DNA of 64,000 nucleotides from the NCBI GenBank assembly GCA_963754315.1, contig CAVWFS010000019.1, forward strand, positions 736,001 through 800,000, read 5' to 3'. The notes below the pieces were generated by a model. The model saw nothing but the letters and a program-made list of their open reading frames with translations. It did not search any database and had not been told where the DNA came from. Shown here piece after piece: positions 47,749 through 58,143 of this stretch; position 1 is the stretch's first letter; every line of letters begins with the position of its first letter. Both the position numbers and the translations under genes were made by a program. Source of the DNA: an uncultured Candidatus Rokubacteria bacterium (GTDB lineage: Bacteria; Methylomirabilota; Methylomirabilia; Rokubacteriales; CSP1-6).

Positions 47749-48444
47749 TCAGGACACGCCAAGATAGCGCGACTTCACCTCTTCGTTGGCCAGCAGTTCG
47801 GCCGGGGTGGAGGAGTGCACGACGCGGCCCCGGCTGATGACGTGCACCCGATCGGCCACCGCCAGTCCCAGAGCCAGGTTCTGTTCCACAAGCAGGATCG
47901 GGAGGCCCTGCCGCTTCAGCTCTCCGATGACCTGGCCGACCTGGCGCACCAGCAACGGCGCCAGTCCCTCCGTGGGCTCGTCCATGAGGATCAGCTCCGG
48001 ATTCGTCATGAGGGCGCGGCCGATGGCCAGCATCTGCTGCTCACCTCCCGAGAGCGTGTTGCCGCCGTGACCCTCGCGCTCGCGCAAGCGGGGGAACAAC
48101 TCGTACACGCTCTCGAGAGTCCAGCGTCCCGAACGACCCGTACGTGCCACGAGCAGATTCTCCCGGACGGAGAGTGAAGGGAAGATACGGCGCCCCTGGG
48201 GAACCAGAGCCATCCCGCGCTCGACTGCCCGGAAAGGAGGCCAGCGCGTGATGTCGTCGCCTTTGAAGCACACCCGGCCGCGGCGAGGTGGGGTGAACCC
48301 GATGATCGAGCGGACGAGCGTGGTCTTCCCTACGCCGTTACGTCCCAGGATAGTCAGCACCTCACCAGAGTTCAGCGTGAGAGATATTCCCTGCAGCACG
48401 TGGCTGGTGCCGTAGTACGTATGGACGTCCTCGACCTCAAGCAC
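47749..48444 (-). CDS. livF: Branched-chain ABC ATPase
   Basis: GRNGVGKTT, LSGGEQQML, DEPTEGLAP and VEQN. Confidence 0.9.
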   Translation of the reverse strand: MLEVEDVHTYYGTSHVLQGISLTLNSGEVLTILGRNGVGKTTLVRSIIGFTPPRRGRVCFKGDDITRWPPFRAVERGMALVPQGRRIFPSLSVRENLLVARTGRSGRWTLESVYELFPRLREREGHGGNTLSGGEQQMLAIGRALMTNPELILMDEPTEGLAPLLVRQVGQVIGELKRQGLPILLVEQNLALGLAVADRVHVISRGRVVHSSTPAELLANEEVKSRYLGVS

Positions 48445-49195
48445 CGAGATAAATCTCGCGGACCTGGGGATTCGCCTTGATCTCGTCCCGCAACCCGTCG
48501 GCGATGACCCGCCCGAAGTGCAGCACGGTCACGTGCTGGCTGACCTCGAGGGCGATATCCATGTCGTGCTCGATCATGAGTACCGTGATGCCAGGATCCA
48601 GCCCCTTCAGCAGGTCGGCCATCAGGCGCGACTCGGCGGGCGAGAGCCCCGCTGTCGGCTCGTCCAGCAGGAGCACGCGCGGCTGCCCGGCCAGGGCCAG
48701 CGCGATCTCTAGCTGACGCTGCTCGCCGTGGGAGAGGTTCTTGACCATCGCCGTGGAGGTATGGCCGAGGCCCACCATCTCGAGGACGTCATGCGAGCGC
48801 TCGTGGAGGGCGGGCAGGGAGGCCAGGGGCCGCCACATCGCGAACTTGGCGGGGGTGAGCGCCTGCACGGCGAGCAGGCAGTTTTCCATCACGGAGAGGT
48901 CGGGAAACAGGTTGGTGACCTGAAAGGTCCGCGTGAGCCCGAGGGCAGCCCGGCGATGAGCGGGCGCGTCAGTGACATCGCGGCCGAACAGCAAGATCGA
49001 GCCCGACGTCACCGCAAGGGCGCCGCTGATCAGGTTGAAGAGCGTGGTCTTGCCTGCTCCGTTCGGCCCGATGAGCGCGCGGCGCTCGCCTCGTTGCACG
49101 GCGAGGGTCACCCCGTCAACAGCTCGCAAGCCGCCGAACGCCCTGGAAACCCCGCGCAACTCGAGCGCCAGCATACGTTGCGAAGGCGGTGTCAT
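48437..49195 (-). CDS. livG: Branched-chain ABC ATPase
   Basis: GPNGAGKTT, LSHGEQR, DEPTAG and IEHDM. Confidence 0.9.
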   Translation of the reverse strand: MTPPSQRMLALELRGVSRAFGGLRAVDGVTLAVQRGERRALIGPNGAGKTTLFNLISGALAVTSGSILLFGRDVTDAPAHRRAALGLTRTFQVTNLFPDLSVMENCLLAVQALTPAKFAMWRPLASLPALHERSHDVLEMVGLGHTSTAMVKNLSHGEQRQLEIALALAGQPRVLLLDEPTAGLSPAESRLMADLLKGLDPGITVLMIEHDMDIALEVSQHVTVLHFGRVIADGLRDEIKANPQVREIYLGA

Positions 49196-49270
49196 GCGAG
49201 GTCGAGTGCGGCCCGCAAACCCTCCTCGATTCGAGCCAAGACCTCAAGGGGAAGTGCGCGGACACGCACT

Positions 49271-50185
49271 TCAGCGGCCCCGGAGGGCGCCCACGATGCC
49301 GCGGGGGGCGAAGAGGGTCACCCCGATGTAGACGGCACCGAGGATAAGCAGCCAGCGCTTGGTGTAGACGCTCACGAAGTTCTTGAGGAAGACGATGACG
49401 GCAGCGCCAAGAGCAGGTCCGGCCAGGGTGCCGGGCCCCCCAAGGGCGACCATGAGGAGCGTCTCCACCGAGGTCAGGAGCTGCACGTCGGTGGGGGCCA
49501 CGAAGCCGTTGAAATAGGCCCACAGCACGCCCGCGAACCCGGCCACCGTCCCCGACAGCACGAAGGCCACGTACTTGTGAAGCCACACGTTGTAGCCGAG
49601 AGCGCGCATGCGGGACTCGCTCTCCCGGATGCCCTTGAGGCCAAGGCCGAAGGGAGAGCTCACCAGCAATCCGAGGAGGGCCCAGGCCACGGTGGCGGCC
49701 ACCAGGGCGAGATAGAAGAAGGGCACCGGAGAGGAGAAGTCGAGGGCGCCCAGCGCGGGGCGGGGAACGCCGGAGACACCATTGTCGCCCTTGGTGAGGG
49801 ACGTCCACCGAAAGGCGAGGCCCCATACGACCATCCCGAGGGCAAGCGTGATCATCAGGAAGTATGTCCCCGTCGCACGGATGGCCACCAGCCCAAAGAC
49901 GGCGGCGGCGACGGCGGCGAGCGCCACACCCGTCAGCACACATCCAGCGAAACCGACCCCACGCTCGGTGGTGAGGAGCGCGACGGCATAGGCCCCTACC
50001 CCGAAGTACGCGGAGTGCCCAAGGGAGGGAAGCCCGGTATAGCCCAGGAGCACGTCGAGGCTCATGGCCAGGATCGCCACGATCAGGGTCTGGGTCAGCA
50101 ACGTCAGCGGATAGGAAGGCAACCCCGGCGCCGAGATGGCAAGAATCGCGACGATGAGGGTGCCCAGGAGCGCCTTGTGTCTCAT
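49271..50185 (-). CDS. livM: Branched-chain ABC permease
   Basis: GYTGLPSLGH, YFLMITLA, IRESE and LGGPGTLAGP. Confidence 0.88.
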   Translation of the reverse strand: MRHKALLGTLIVAILAISAPGLPSYPLTLLTQTLIVAILAMSLDVLLGYTGLPSLGHSAYFGVGAYAVALLTTERGVGFAGCVLTGVALAAVAAAVFGLVAIRATGTYFLMITLALGMVVWGLAFRWTSLTKGDNGVSGVPRPALGALDFSSPVPFFYLALVAATVAWALLGLLVSSPFGLGLKGIRESESRMRALGYNVWLHKYVAFVLSGTVAGFAGVLWAYFNGFVAPTDVQLLTSVETLLMVALGGPGTLAGPALGAAVIVFLKNFVSVYTKRWLLILGAVYIGVTLFAPRGIVGALRGR

Positions 50186-51042
50186 GCTCGACCGAAAAGC
50201 CCGGTCGGCCTGAGCGCGAGGATCACGGCCATCGGCGCGAACAGGGTGAAGTAGGACAGCTCGGGAAAGAGCGCCTTGCCGAAGTTGTCGAGGAGCCCGA
50301 CCAGCAGGCTCCCTGCCATAGCTCCCGGCAAGCTCCCCAGGCCCCCGACGATCACCACGACGAAGGCATATGGCAGCATCTCGAAGTCCGCCCCGGGATA
50401 GACGCCGAGGAAGCCTCCTCCGATCACCCCGCCCAGGGCGGCCAGGGCGGCTCCCAGTCCGAAGATGCCGAGCGATACTGTGGGCACTCGAATGCCCACC
50501 CCCTGGGCCATCTCGGCGTCGTCGACGGCCGCGCGGATCATGGCACCCACCCGGGTCCGATCGAGGAGCAGCCAGAGCCCGATGCCGATCGCGACCGCCA
50601 CCACCACCATGAAGATCCGATACACGGGGAAAACAAAGGCCCCCGCGCGGAGGACGCCGCTGAGCACGGAGGGAGTCGGGATCGTGTAGGGGTCGCCGCC
50701 CCAAATCAGCAGCGCCAGGTCCTGGAAGATGAGAGCGAAGCCGATCGTCATCAGGACCTGCCCGAGCGTCTTGCCCTTGAGCCGACGGAGAAAGAGCCGT
50801 TCCATGCCCATCCCGATGAGCGCGATGGCCACCGCCCCGACGGCCAGGGCCAGCCAGAAGCTCGCCGTCTTCCACACCACGGACAGCCCGACGTACCCGC
50901 CCAACATGAAGTATGAGCCGTGCGACAGATTGACGATCCGCATGACGCCGAAGATCAGGGAGAGACCGCTCGCGAGCAGGAAGAGCAGCGCCCCGTAGGA
51001 GATGCCGTTGAATGCCTGCGTGACCCAGAACTCGATGGTCAC
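50182..51042 (-). CDS. livH: Branched-chain ABC permease
   Basis: GLSLIFGVMRIVNLSHG, GGLGSLPGA and RPTGLFG. Confidence 0.9.
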   Translation of the reverse strand: MTIEFWVTQAFNGISYGALLFLLASGLSLIFGVMRIVNLSHGSYFMLGGYVGLSVVWKTASFWLALAVGAVAIALIGMGMERLFLRRLKGKTLGQVLMTIGFALIFQDLALLIWGGDPYTIPTPSVLSGVLRAGAFVFPVYRIFMVVVAVAIGIGLWLLLDRTRVGAMIRAAVDDAEMAQGVGIRVPTVSLGIFGLGAALAALGGVIGGGFLGVYPGADFEMLPYAFVVVIVGGLGSLPGAMAGSLLVGLLDNFGKALFPELSYFTLFAPMAVILALRPTGLFGRA

Positions 51043-51155
51043 CGGCGGAAATTCTACTATGGATGGCCAGGACCAGGGCCCGCCATGGGGCGTAATACTC
51101 CCGGAGTGGTGGGACATGCCGTATAGTGCGGGTGGCCGTGGCCAAGGAGGGGACC

Positions 51156-52028
51156 GTGAAGCTGCCCTCGGAGCGCTTCGATTACTCGCCGATCATCAGC
51201 CGGCGCCCCTGGCGGCTTCCCAAGGGCGCCCGCCTTGCGGTATGGACGATCGTGAACATCGAAGACTGGGACATCCAGCGGCCCATGGCCCGCCAGTACC
51301 TCACGGCGCCGCAAGGGGTGTCGACCGTCCCGGATGTGCCCAACTGGGCGTGGCACGACTACGGGATGCGGGTGGGGTTCTGGCGACTCCTGGAAGCGCT
51401 CGGCAAGCGCAAGCTGCGAGCAACCACCTCCATCAACGCCCGGGTGTGCCAGAGTTACGAGCCGGTGGCGCGCGCCATGCTAGACGCCGGTTGGGAGTTC
51501 ATGGGACACGGGGTCGTCCAGGGGGCGCTTCACCTGGTCCCGGACCAGCGCGCAACTATCCGCGAGTCGATGGAGATCATCCAGAAATTCACCGGCAAGA
51601 AACCCCGGGGGTGGCTCGGCCCGGGCCTCACGGAGACGTGGGACACGCTCGACCTCCTGGCCGAGGAGGGGATCGAGTACGTCTCCGACTGGGTCAACGA
51701 CGACCAGCCGTATGAGATCCGCACGACGGCGGGACCGCTCGTGTCCGTGCCCTATACCCTGGAGCTGAACGACATCCCGGTGATGGTCATCCAGCATCAT
51801 GCCTCCCAGGCATGGGTCCAGCGCTGCCGGGACCAGTTCGACCGCCTCTACGCCGAGGGGGCCCGGAACCCTCGGGTGATGGCGATCGCCGTCCACCCGT
51901 ACATTTCCGGTGTCCCGCATCGGATCAAGTACTTCGAGGGCGTCTACGATTACATGCGCAAGCACAAGGGGGTCTGGTTCACCACTGGCGAGGAGATCTA
52001 CGAGTGGTGGAAGACGACCCGACTCTAG
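51156..52028 (+). CDS. Polysaccharide deacetylase-family protein (PuuE-like)
   Basis: VNIEDW, DYGMRVGFWR, GWLGPGL, DDQPY and AVHPY. Confidence 0.88.
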   Translation: MKLPSERFDYSPIISRRPWRLPKGARLAVWTIVNIEDWDIQRPMARQYLTAPQGVSTVPDVPNWAWHDYGMRVGFWRLLEALGKRKLRATTSINARVCQSYEPVARAMLDAGWEFMGHGVVQGALHLVPDQRATIRESMEIIQKFTGKKPRGWLGPGLTETWDTLDLLAEEGIEYVSDWVNDDQPYEIRTTAGPLVSVPYTLELNDIPVMVIQHHASQAWVQRCRDQFDRLYAEGARNPRVMAIAVHPYISGVPHRIKYFEGVYDYMRKHKGVWFTTGEEIYEWWKTTRL

Positions 52029-52070
52029 CCACCCTTTACTCCCCACGTCCGTCCCACGGGAGGTCCAATC

Positions 52071-52544
52071 ATGAACGGCGCTCGCTTCGGCCAGCCGGCA
52101 CCCGATTTCGCACTTCCCGCCACGAGCCAACCCGAGATCACGCTGTCGTCTTTCAAGGGCAAGTCCGACGTCGTTCTCGTCTTCTATTGCTACGACTGGG
52201 GCACCATCTGAACGCCGGAGCTCACCGACCTGGTCAAGGTCGAGCCGCGCATCCGAGAGCGCGGGGCCACGGTGCTGGCCATCAGCGCTGATAGCACGCT
52301 ATCGCACGCGGCCTGGCACAAGGCGCACAACTTTCCCTTCCCGCTCCTGAGCGACATTCACCGGACGGTAATCCGCGCGTACGGTGTGCTGGACGAGGCA
52401 CGCAACGTGGCCTGGCGTTCGACGTTCATCGTGGACCGTGACGGCGTCCTGCGCTGGGGTCAGGCGGGCGACCGGCACATGGTACGGGACGGCGCGGAGA
52501 TCCTTCGCGTGCTCGGTATCATCGCGAGCGTCAGGGGCGCGTAG
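52071..52544 (+). CDS. Peroxiredoxin (AhpC/TSA family), probable selenoprotein (Sec47; TGA 52209-52211), 157 aa
   Basis: GGAGG RBS; GQPAPDFALP...VVLVFYCYDWGTI-U-TPEL continues in frame into AISAD..SH..W...PFPLLSD...YGV...RSTFIVD..G (ORF 52272-52544). Confidence 0.9.
52212..52245 (+). promoter_or_regulatory. Putative SECIS hairpin of the peroxiredoxin
   Basis: Stem CGACCT (52226-52231) / AGGTCG (52237-52242), loop GGTCA starting 21 nt after the TGA; bulged lower stem GCT/AGC. Confidence 0.78.
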
Positions 52545-52547
52545 TCC

Positions 52548-54131
52548 CTAGCCGCGCCTTTTGCGGCTCCGGAGATCGATCACGCCTGTCCGCTGACGCG
52601 GATCGTCTCCGCGCGGGAAGATCTGACCCTTCTGCACCTTCTGGGTTCCGGTAGTCGGCAGGCGGTCCACGAATAGCATCCAGCCCGGGGCCTTGAAGTA
52701 GGCGAGCCGAGCCAGACACCAGTCGAGGAGACGATCGGCCAGCGCAGCGTCACCAGAGACTCCCGGTACGGGAACGACGCAGGCCATGACCTCCTCCTCG
52801 CGGATCTCATCGGGCACCGCCAGCACCGCCACCTGCGCCACCGCCTCATGGGCCTGCAGGATTGCCTCGATTTCGGCGGCAGCAATGTTCTCACCCGAGC
52901 GGCGAATGATGTTCTTCTTGCGATCGACGAAGACCAACATGCCGTCGGCCATCTGCCGGACGACATCACCGGTGTGAAACCAACCACCTCGCCACGCTTC
53001 TTCCGTAGCCTCCGGGTTCTTGAGATAGCCTGAGAAGAAACCGCGGCGAGGATCGGGCCCGGCGCACCGTACGATGAGCTCGCCTTCGCTGCCGTGCGGC
53101 ACCGTGCGGTCATCATCGTCAACGACGCGTGCCTCCAGCTCGCCGCGGGGCCGTCCGAAGGCACGGGAGTGAATCTGGCGGGGCTCGACGTTGTCAGCAT
53201 AGAGGCGCCCGGTCTCGGTCATCCCCCACACCTCGATCAGCGGGAACCCGAAGCGCTTCTCGAACTGCGCGTGCAGCTCCGGTTCCACGCCGGCCCCGAG
53301 GCCGAACCTCACGTGATGCGCACGCTCCTCGGGCCGTGGCGGCTGTTTCAACAGAAGGGGAGGCATCACACCGAGATAGTGGATGACGGTGGCCCGCGCG
53401 GCCGCGACGTCCTGCCACCAGCGTCCCGGACTGAACCGCTCGGGCATGGCCAGGCAATTCGCGGTCAGGATGCACATGGTCGCGGTGATCCCCTGGCTGT
53501 TCACGTGATAGAGCGGGAGGGGATTGAGGACGCGTTCGGCTCCATGCTCGAATCGGACCAGGCCGCCGAGGTCGCGATACCAGGCCGCGGAGTTCAGGTA
53601 GTAGTAGTTGGTCAGAATGCATCCCTTCGGCCGGCCGGTTGTCCCCGACGTGTAAAGGAGGCTGCACTCGGTATCGAATCCCGGTGCCTCCTCTCGCGGC
53701 GCCGTCTCGGGTTTCGGCAGCCTGTCGGGGAGGCTCGCCGCATCGACGATGGGCAGCGGTTTCGAGCGCTCTCGCGCGACGACCTCGAGATCGGCCACGC
53801 GCGTGGCCAAGCACACGACGAGGTCGGCCTCCGAGTGATCCATCTGGTACACCATCTCGTCCCGCTGGTAGTCAGGGTTGATGGGCACGATCCCGCAGCC
53901 CAGGCCGTTCAGGGCGAGATAGTGAAAAAAGAACTCAGGGCGGTTTTCGAGGAGCAGGGCGACTCGATGGCCGTGCCCGTAGCCGGCGGCGGCATACCGT
54001 TCGCGCAGCTCCAGCACCTGTCCGCGGGTCTGGGCGTAGGTGTACTCGATGCCATCCGGGAAGTAGGCGCGGCCGGGCGCGGGCGGAGCGCAGAAGAAGG
54101 CGTTATCGGGCCGCTGGGCGGCCGTGGTCAT
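52548..54131 (-). CDS. AMP-dependent acyl-CoA ligase (CaiC-like)
   Basis: YTSGTTGRPKG, WGMTETG, WFHTGD, RRSGENI and TGTQKV. Confidence 0.9.
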   Translation of the reverse strand: MTTAAQRPDNAFFCAPPAPGRAYFPDGIEYTYAQTRGQVLELRERYAAAGYGHGHRVALLLENRPEFFFHYLALNGLGCGIVPINPDYQRDEMVYQMDHSEADLVVCLATRVADLEVVARERSKPLPIVDAASLPDRLPKPETAPREEAPGFDTECSLLYTSGTTGRPKGCILTNYYYLNSAAWYRDLGGLVRFEHGAERVLNPLPLYHVNSQGITATMCILTANCLAMPERFSPGRWWQDVAAARATVIHYLGVMPPLLLKQPPRPEERAHHVRFGLGAGVEPELHAQFEKRFGFPLIEVWGMTETGRLYADNVEPRQIHSRAFGRPRGELEARVVDDDDRTVPHGSEGELIVRCAGPDPRRGFFSGYLKNPEATEEAWRGGWFHTGDVVRQMADGMLVFVDRKKNIIRRSGENIAAAEIEAILQAHEAVAQVAVLAVPDEIREEEVMACVVPVPGVSGDAALADRLLDWCLARLAYFKAPGWMLFVDRLPTTGTQKVQKGQIFPRGDDPRQRTGVIDLRSRKRRG

Positions 54132-54151
54132 GAAGGCTCCGAATACGGTGG

Positions 54152-56153
54152 TCAGCGACTCGCCTCCGAAGGGCTATCACCATCGAACGCCAGGATGGCA
54201 TCGATGAAGCGCGCCCCGAACTGTTCGGATTTCCACACGCCAACGCCTTTGACCGCCAGAAACGCCGCAGGCGTGGCCGGCCGCAGCCGAGCGAGCTCAC
54301 GCAGGGTCAGGTCGCTGAAGATTATGTAGGGCGGGACCTTGCGCTCGTCGGCCAACTCGCGCCGCACCTGGCGAAGCACCTCGAACAGGTTGTTTGTCTA
54401 TATGGGGGGCCTCGAAAGGGCCCCCCAGGCCCCCCATACGTTCGGGGCGCCCCGGGATACCCGGGGCACCCCTCTGGATCCCGCCAGCTTCCCGGGCCTC
54501 GAAAGGGCCCCCGCATGGGCCCCGCGTACCGGGCCTGACCCTCCGGGCCTCGAAGGGCCGCCGGGGTGCTCCTCTGTCAGACGCGGTGACGACCGAATCG
54601 GCACGTCGGCGGTGGCGCATCACGCGGCTGAGGGGTCCGGCGGGCGTCTCGCCCCGGAGGACCTGGGCGCCACGCTTCGTCAGGGCGACGGTGGGGTACT
54701 CGCCAGGTGTGCGCGCGAGGAGCCCTTGACCGACGAGCTGATCGATCCAGGCACGCGCGTCGCGCTTGGCGACATCGCCAAGGGCACGGTACGAATCGCT
54801 GCGGTCGTGTTCGAGAGCACGGATGCGGTCGGTCGAGGCGCCGGTGAGCACGTCGGCCACGTGGGCGGCGCCAAAACGTCCCCGCAGCTCGGCCACCGCA
54901 CGGAGAATCGTGGTGACGATCTCCTGCGCGCCGTCAACCGAGGCCACCTCGCCCAGACAGACATCGCATCGACCGCAGCTCGGCGCTGGGTACTCCTGAC
55001 CAAAGTACATAGCCAGCGCGCGATGGCGGCAGACGGCGTTCCGACAGAAGGCGAAGATTTCACCGAGCTTGCGCACAGCCCCGGGTGCCGTCGCCGCCTC
55101 GGTCTCCAGCAGTGACTTCCAGGCTGCGTAGTCCGCGCCGCTCCAGAGCAGTAGGCACTCCGCTTCCAATCCGTCGCGGCCGGCGCGCCCGGCCTCCTGT
55201 TGGTAGTGCTCGAGTGATTTCGGCATGCCCGTGTGGACGACGTAGCGCACGTTGGAGCGATCGATGCCCATGCCAAAGGCGACCGTGGCGACCACGATGT
55301 CCACACGCTCCCTGACGAAGGCGTCCTGGTTGGCACGACGTACGTGGTCAGGAAGACCTGCGTGGTACGGGACCGCACGCAGACCACGTCCGACAAGGGC
55401 GGCGCCCAGCTCATCGACCTCCGAACGGCGAATGCAATACACGATACCCGCTTGATCGCGGTGGCGATCGATGGCGGCGAGGACCTGGCGCAACCGGTCG
55501 GCACGCGATTGCACACGATAGACCAGGTTGGGTCGGTCGACCGGGCCGACGAGTGTCGCGGGGCGCGTCAGGCGCAGCTCGCTGACGATGTCGGCCTGCA
55601 CCTCTCGGGTGGCGGTGGCGGTGTAGGCATGGACGGCCGTACCCGGAAAGCTTTCCTTCAGTCCGCGGAGCTGACGGTATTCGGGACGAAAGTCGTGACC
55701 CCACTGGCTGATGCAATGAGCTTCATCGATCGCGAAGAACGTCGGACGAGCCAACCGGAGCCTTTCCAAGAAGCCGGGCATCGTCAGCCGCTCTGGCGCG
55801 ATGTACAGAAGGGTGAGGCGGCCCGCCGCCAGCTCTCGATCGATCGCGGCACGTTCGGCCGGGGTCTGGCTGCTGTTCAAATAGGCGGCGCGGACTCCGT
55901 TCTGACGGAGAGCATCGACTTGGTCCTTCATGAGTGCAATGAGTGGGGACACCACGACCGCGAGATGGTCGAGATGCACGGCCGGCGCCTGGTAGCAGAT
56001 CGACTTTCCGCCACCCGTGGGCAGCACCACCAGCGAGTCTCGGCCCATGAGGACGGCACGTACGGCACGCTCCTGGAGCGGGAGGAAGGCGGAGTAGCCC
56101 CAGACGCGTCGGAGACTCTCCAGGACGGCAGCAACCTCGGCTGGCTCTGGCAC
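54152..56153 (-). CDS. recQ: ATP-dependent DNA helicase RecQ (helicase-RQC-HRDC); repeat-derived linker and +1 frameshift near 54394
   Basis: PTGGGKS, DEAHCISQWGHDFRPEY, AFGMGID, QEAGRAGRDG and Zn-binding CRH/CGRCDVC; HRDC (RRELADERKVPPYIIFSD) in the adjacent frame. Confidence 0.93.
54401..54570. repeat. Array of palindromic repeat units inside recQ
   Basis: Three GGGCCTCGAA(A)GGGCC cores (about 54407, 54494, 54545); 54402-54480 aligns along its length with 2882-2960. Confidence 0.85.
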
Positions 56154-56198
56154 AGCTCGATGGTAGTCGAGGCTTCCTTCAGAAGAAACACGTGCACA

Positions 56199-56870
56199 AT
56201 GAGAGACATGGTGAGCATCGAGCCGTTCGAGTTCGTTCCGGACGGGGGACCGGCCGTGTACGGCTTCCTGCACCGTCCTGCGAAACCTGGAGGGGACGGC
56301 ATCATCCTCACGCATGGCGCCGGCTCAGACTCGGATGCTCCATTGCTGGTCGCGCTCGCTTCGGCATTCGCCGAGCGGAGTGTCGCCGCTCTCCGGTGCG
56401 ACTTGCCCTACCGGCAAGCGAGACGCCGCGGGCCGCCCTCACCGGCCACTGCCGAGCGCGATCGCGAGGGCATCCGTCAGGCTATTCGTGCCCTGCGCGG
56501 GATCGTCCGAGGAGCGATCTTCGTCGGCGGGCACTCCTATGGGGGCCGCCAGTGCAGCATGGTACTCGCCGAGGCGCCTGGCCTCGCCGAGGCTCTTCTG
56601 CTGCTTTCCTATCCCCTGCACCCGCCGGGTCGGCCTGCCGATCGCCGCTGCGCGCACCTGCCAAGCCTCCGAGTGCCGACTCTCTTCGTTCACGGAACGA
56701 CCGATCCGTTCGGGACCATCGAAGAGATCGAGGCGGGCCGCGCGCTGATCCCTGCCCGCACGGCGCTCCTCACGGTGAGAGCTGGGCACGATCTGGGTCA
56801 GGCTCGCGCCCGCGCCCCGCTGCCGGTCCTCGCCGAGCAGGTCGTCTCGAGCTTCCTCGAGGTTGTGTAG
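56199..56870 (+). CDS. Alpha/beta hydrolase (KANL3/Tex30-like)
   Basis: THGAG, GGHSYGGR, YPLHPPG, HGTTDPFG and GHDL. Confidence 0.85.
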   Translation: MRDMVSIEPFEFVPDGGPAVYGFLHRPAKPGGDGIILTHGAGSDSDAPLLVALASAFAERSVAALRCDLPYRQARRRGPPSPATAERDREGIRQAIRALRGIVRGAIFVGGHSYGGRQCSMVLAEAPGLAEALLLLSYPLHPPGRPADRRCAHLPSLRVPTLFVHGTTDPFGTIEEIEAGRALIPARTALLTVRAGHDLGQARARAPLPVLAEQVVSSFLEVV

Positions 56871-56883
56871 TTCCAGTTCTCGG

Positions 56884-57531
56884 CTACCGCGATGCGGCGT
56901 TGATGCTGCTGTGGACCTTGGGTGAGTAGCCTGCGCGCAGAGCGTTGACTGTCGAGCGGGGAGTGAGCACGGCTACCCAACCGTGGCAACCGCGTACGGT
57001 AGGCTCGGCATACCCGGTCAGCGACCAGGCCCACAGCGCGCCGCCCCACACGAGATGGGGTGTCGGATGGTCAGGCCGAATCACGAAGACGCCGTCGGCA
57101 AGCTCGTCGAGGGCGGCGACAAAGACGTGCTGGGTACCATCGGGAAGCAGACGGTCCCGATGCATGACGCGATCGATGGAAGTGATCGGTGGCTCCCGGT
57201 CGCATCCGAGCGTCGGATTCCCCTTCAGCCAGGCCGCCTTGAATCGCCGATAGTCGGCGCGGCGGCACTCTGCACAGGGGCGGTGGCCCGCTGCCAGCGC
57301 GGTGGCTTCGTCCAGGAAGAACAGCTCGGTGTAGCGTCCCGGAGTCATGGGGGTTCGCCGACGGGCCTTGAAGGCAAGCACGCAGGTGACCCAGGCTCGA
57401 TAGCTTCCGACATGACGGCGGACGAGGCGGCGACTGCTGTCGTGCAGGCGCCCGCGGTTGCCCATGAGTGTTCCGCGGGCTGACGTCGCCACGATGTCGC
57501 CCTGGGGCGTGACCCGATTCTGCAGTGGCAC
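56884..57531 (-). CDS. Conserved hypothetical protein with an Ada-like Zn-binding motif
   Basis: QNRVTP.G, MGNRG.LH and YTELFFLDEATALAAGHRPCAECR. Confidence 0.7.
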   Translation of the reverse strand: MPLQNRVTPQGDIVATSARGTLMGNRGRLHDSSRRLVRRHVGSYRAWVTCVLAFKARRRTPMTPGRYTELFFLDEATALAAGHRPCAECRRADYRRFKAAWLKGNPTLGCDREPPITSIDRVMHRDRLLPDGTQHVFVAALDELADGVFVIRPDHPTPHLVWGGALWAWSLTGYAEPTVRGCHGWVAVLTPRSTVNALRAGYSPKVHSSINAASR

Positions 57532-57617
57532 CCGTCTGACATACCATGAGGGGGGCCGTGCTATCGTGCGAAGTATGGGCCCGGTACCCGGGCGCCGGCA
57601 GAAGGAGGACAAGCTCC

Positions 57618-58076
57618 GTGAGCGAACCCGCCTGTGTGTTCTGTCCGGTGGTGGAGGCCCTCGCGAGCAACGAAACGTATCAGCCCGCTGGCTCCACCTC
57701 CGTGTATCGTCGGATCAAGGTCCTTCCGGCCTCCATCGCCATTCTCGGCAACGACCAGTTCTATCCCGGTTACTCGCTGGTGATCGCCAAGTCTCACGCC
57801 ACCGAGCTCTACCAGCTGCCCGAGCGAGAAAGCACCCAGTACTTCGAGGACATGCTGAAGGTGGCCAAGGCGATGGCGGCCGCCTTCACCCCCAACAAGA
57901 TGAACTACGAGCTGCTGGGAAACACGGTGGCGCACCTGCACTGGCATCTCTTCCCTCGCTACACGTGGGATCCCAACCCCACCCGGCCGACCTGGGAGCA
58001 CGCCCACGCGCCGAAGAGCCTGAGCCCGGGCGAGTATGCGAAAACCATCGCCGCTATCCGCCAACACCTTGCCTGA
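57618..58076 (+). CDS. HIT-family hydrolase
   Basis: CVFC, NYELLGN and HLHWHLFPR; AGGAGG RBS. Confidence 0.9.
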   Translation: MSEPACVFCPVVEALASNETYQPAGSTSVYRRIKVLPASIAILGNDQFYPGYSLVIAKSHATELYQLPERESTQYFEDMLKVAKAMAAAFTPNKMNYELLGNTVAHLHWHLFPRYTWDPNPTRPTWEHAHAPKSLSPGEYAKTIAAIRQHLA

Positions 58077-58143
58077 CGAGCGATTGCTGGGAGGCCCCTT
58101 CACCGAGCTGGCATCAGTCACCTGATTTCTCGAGGAGGACACT

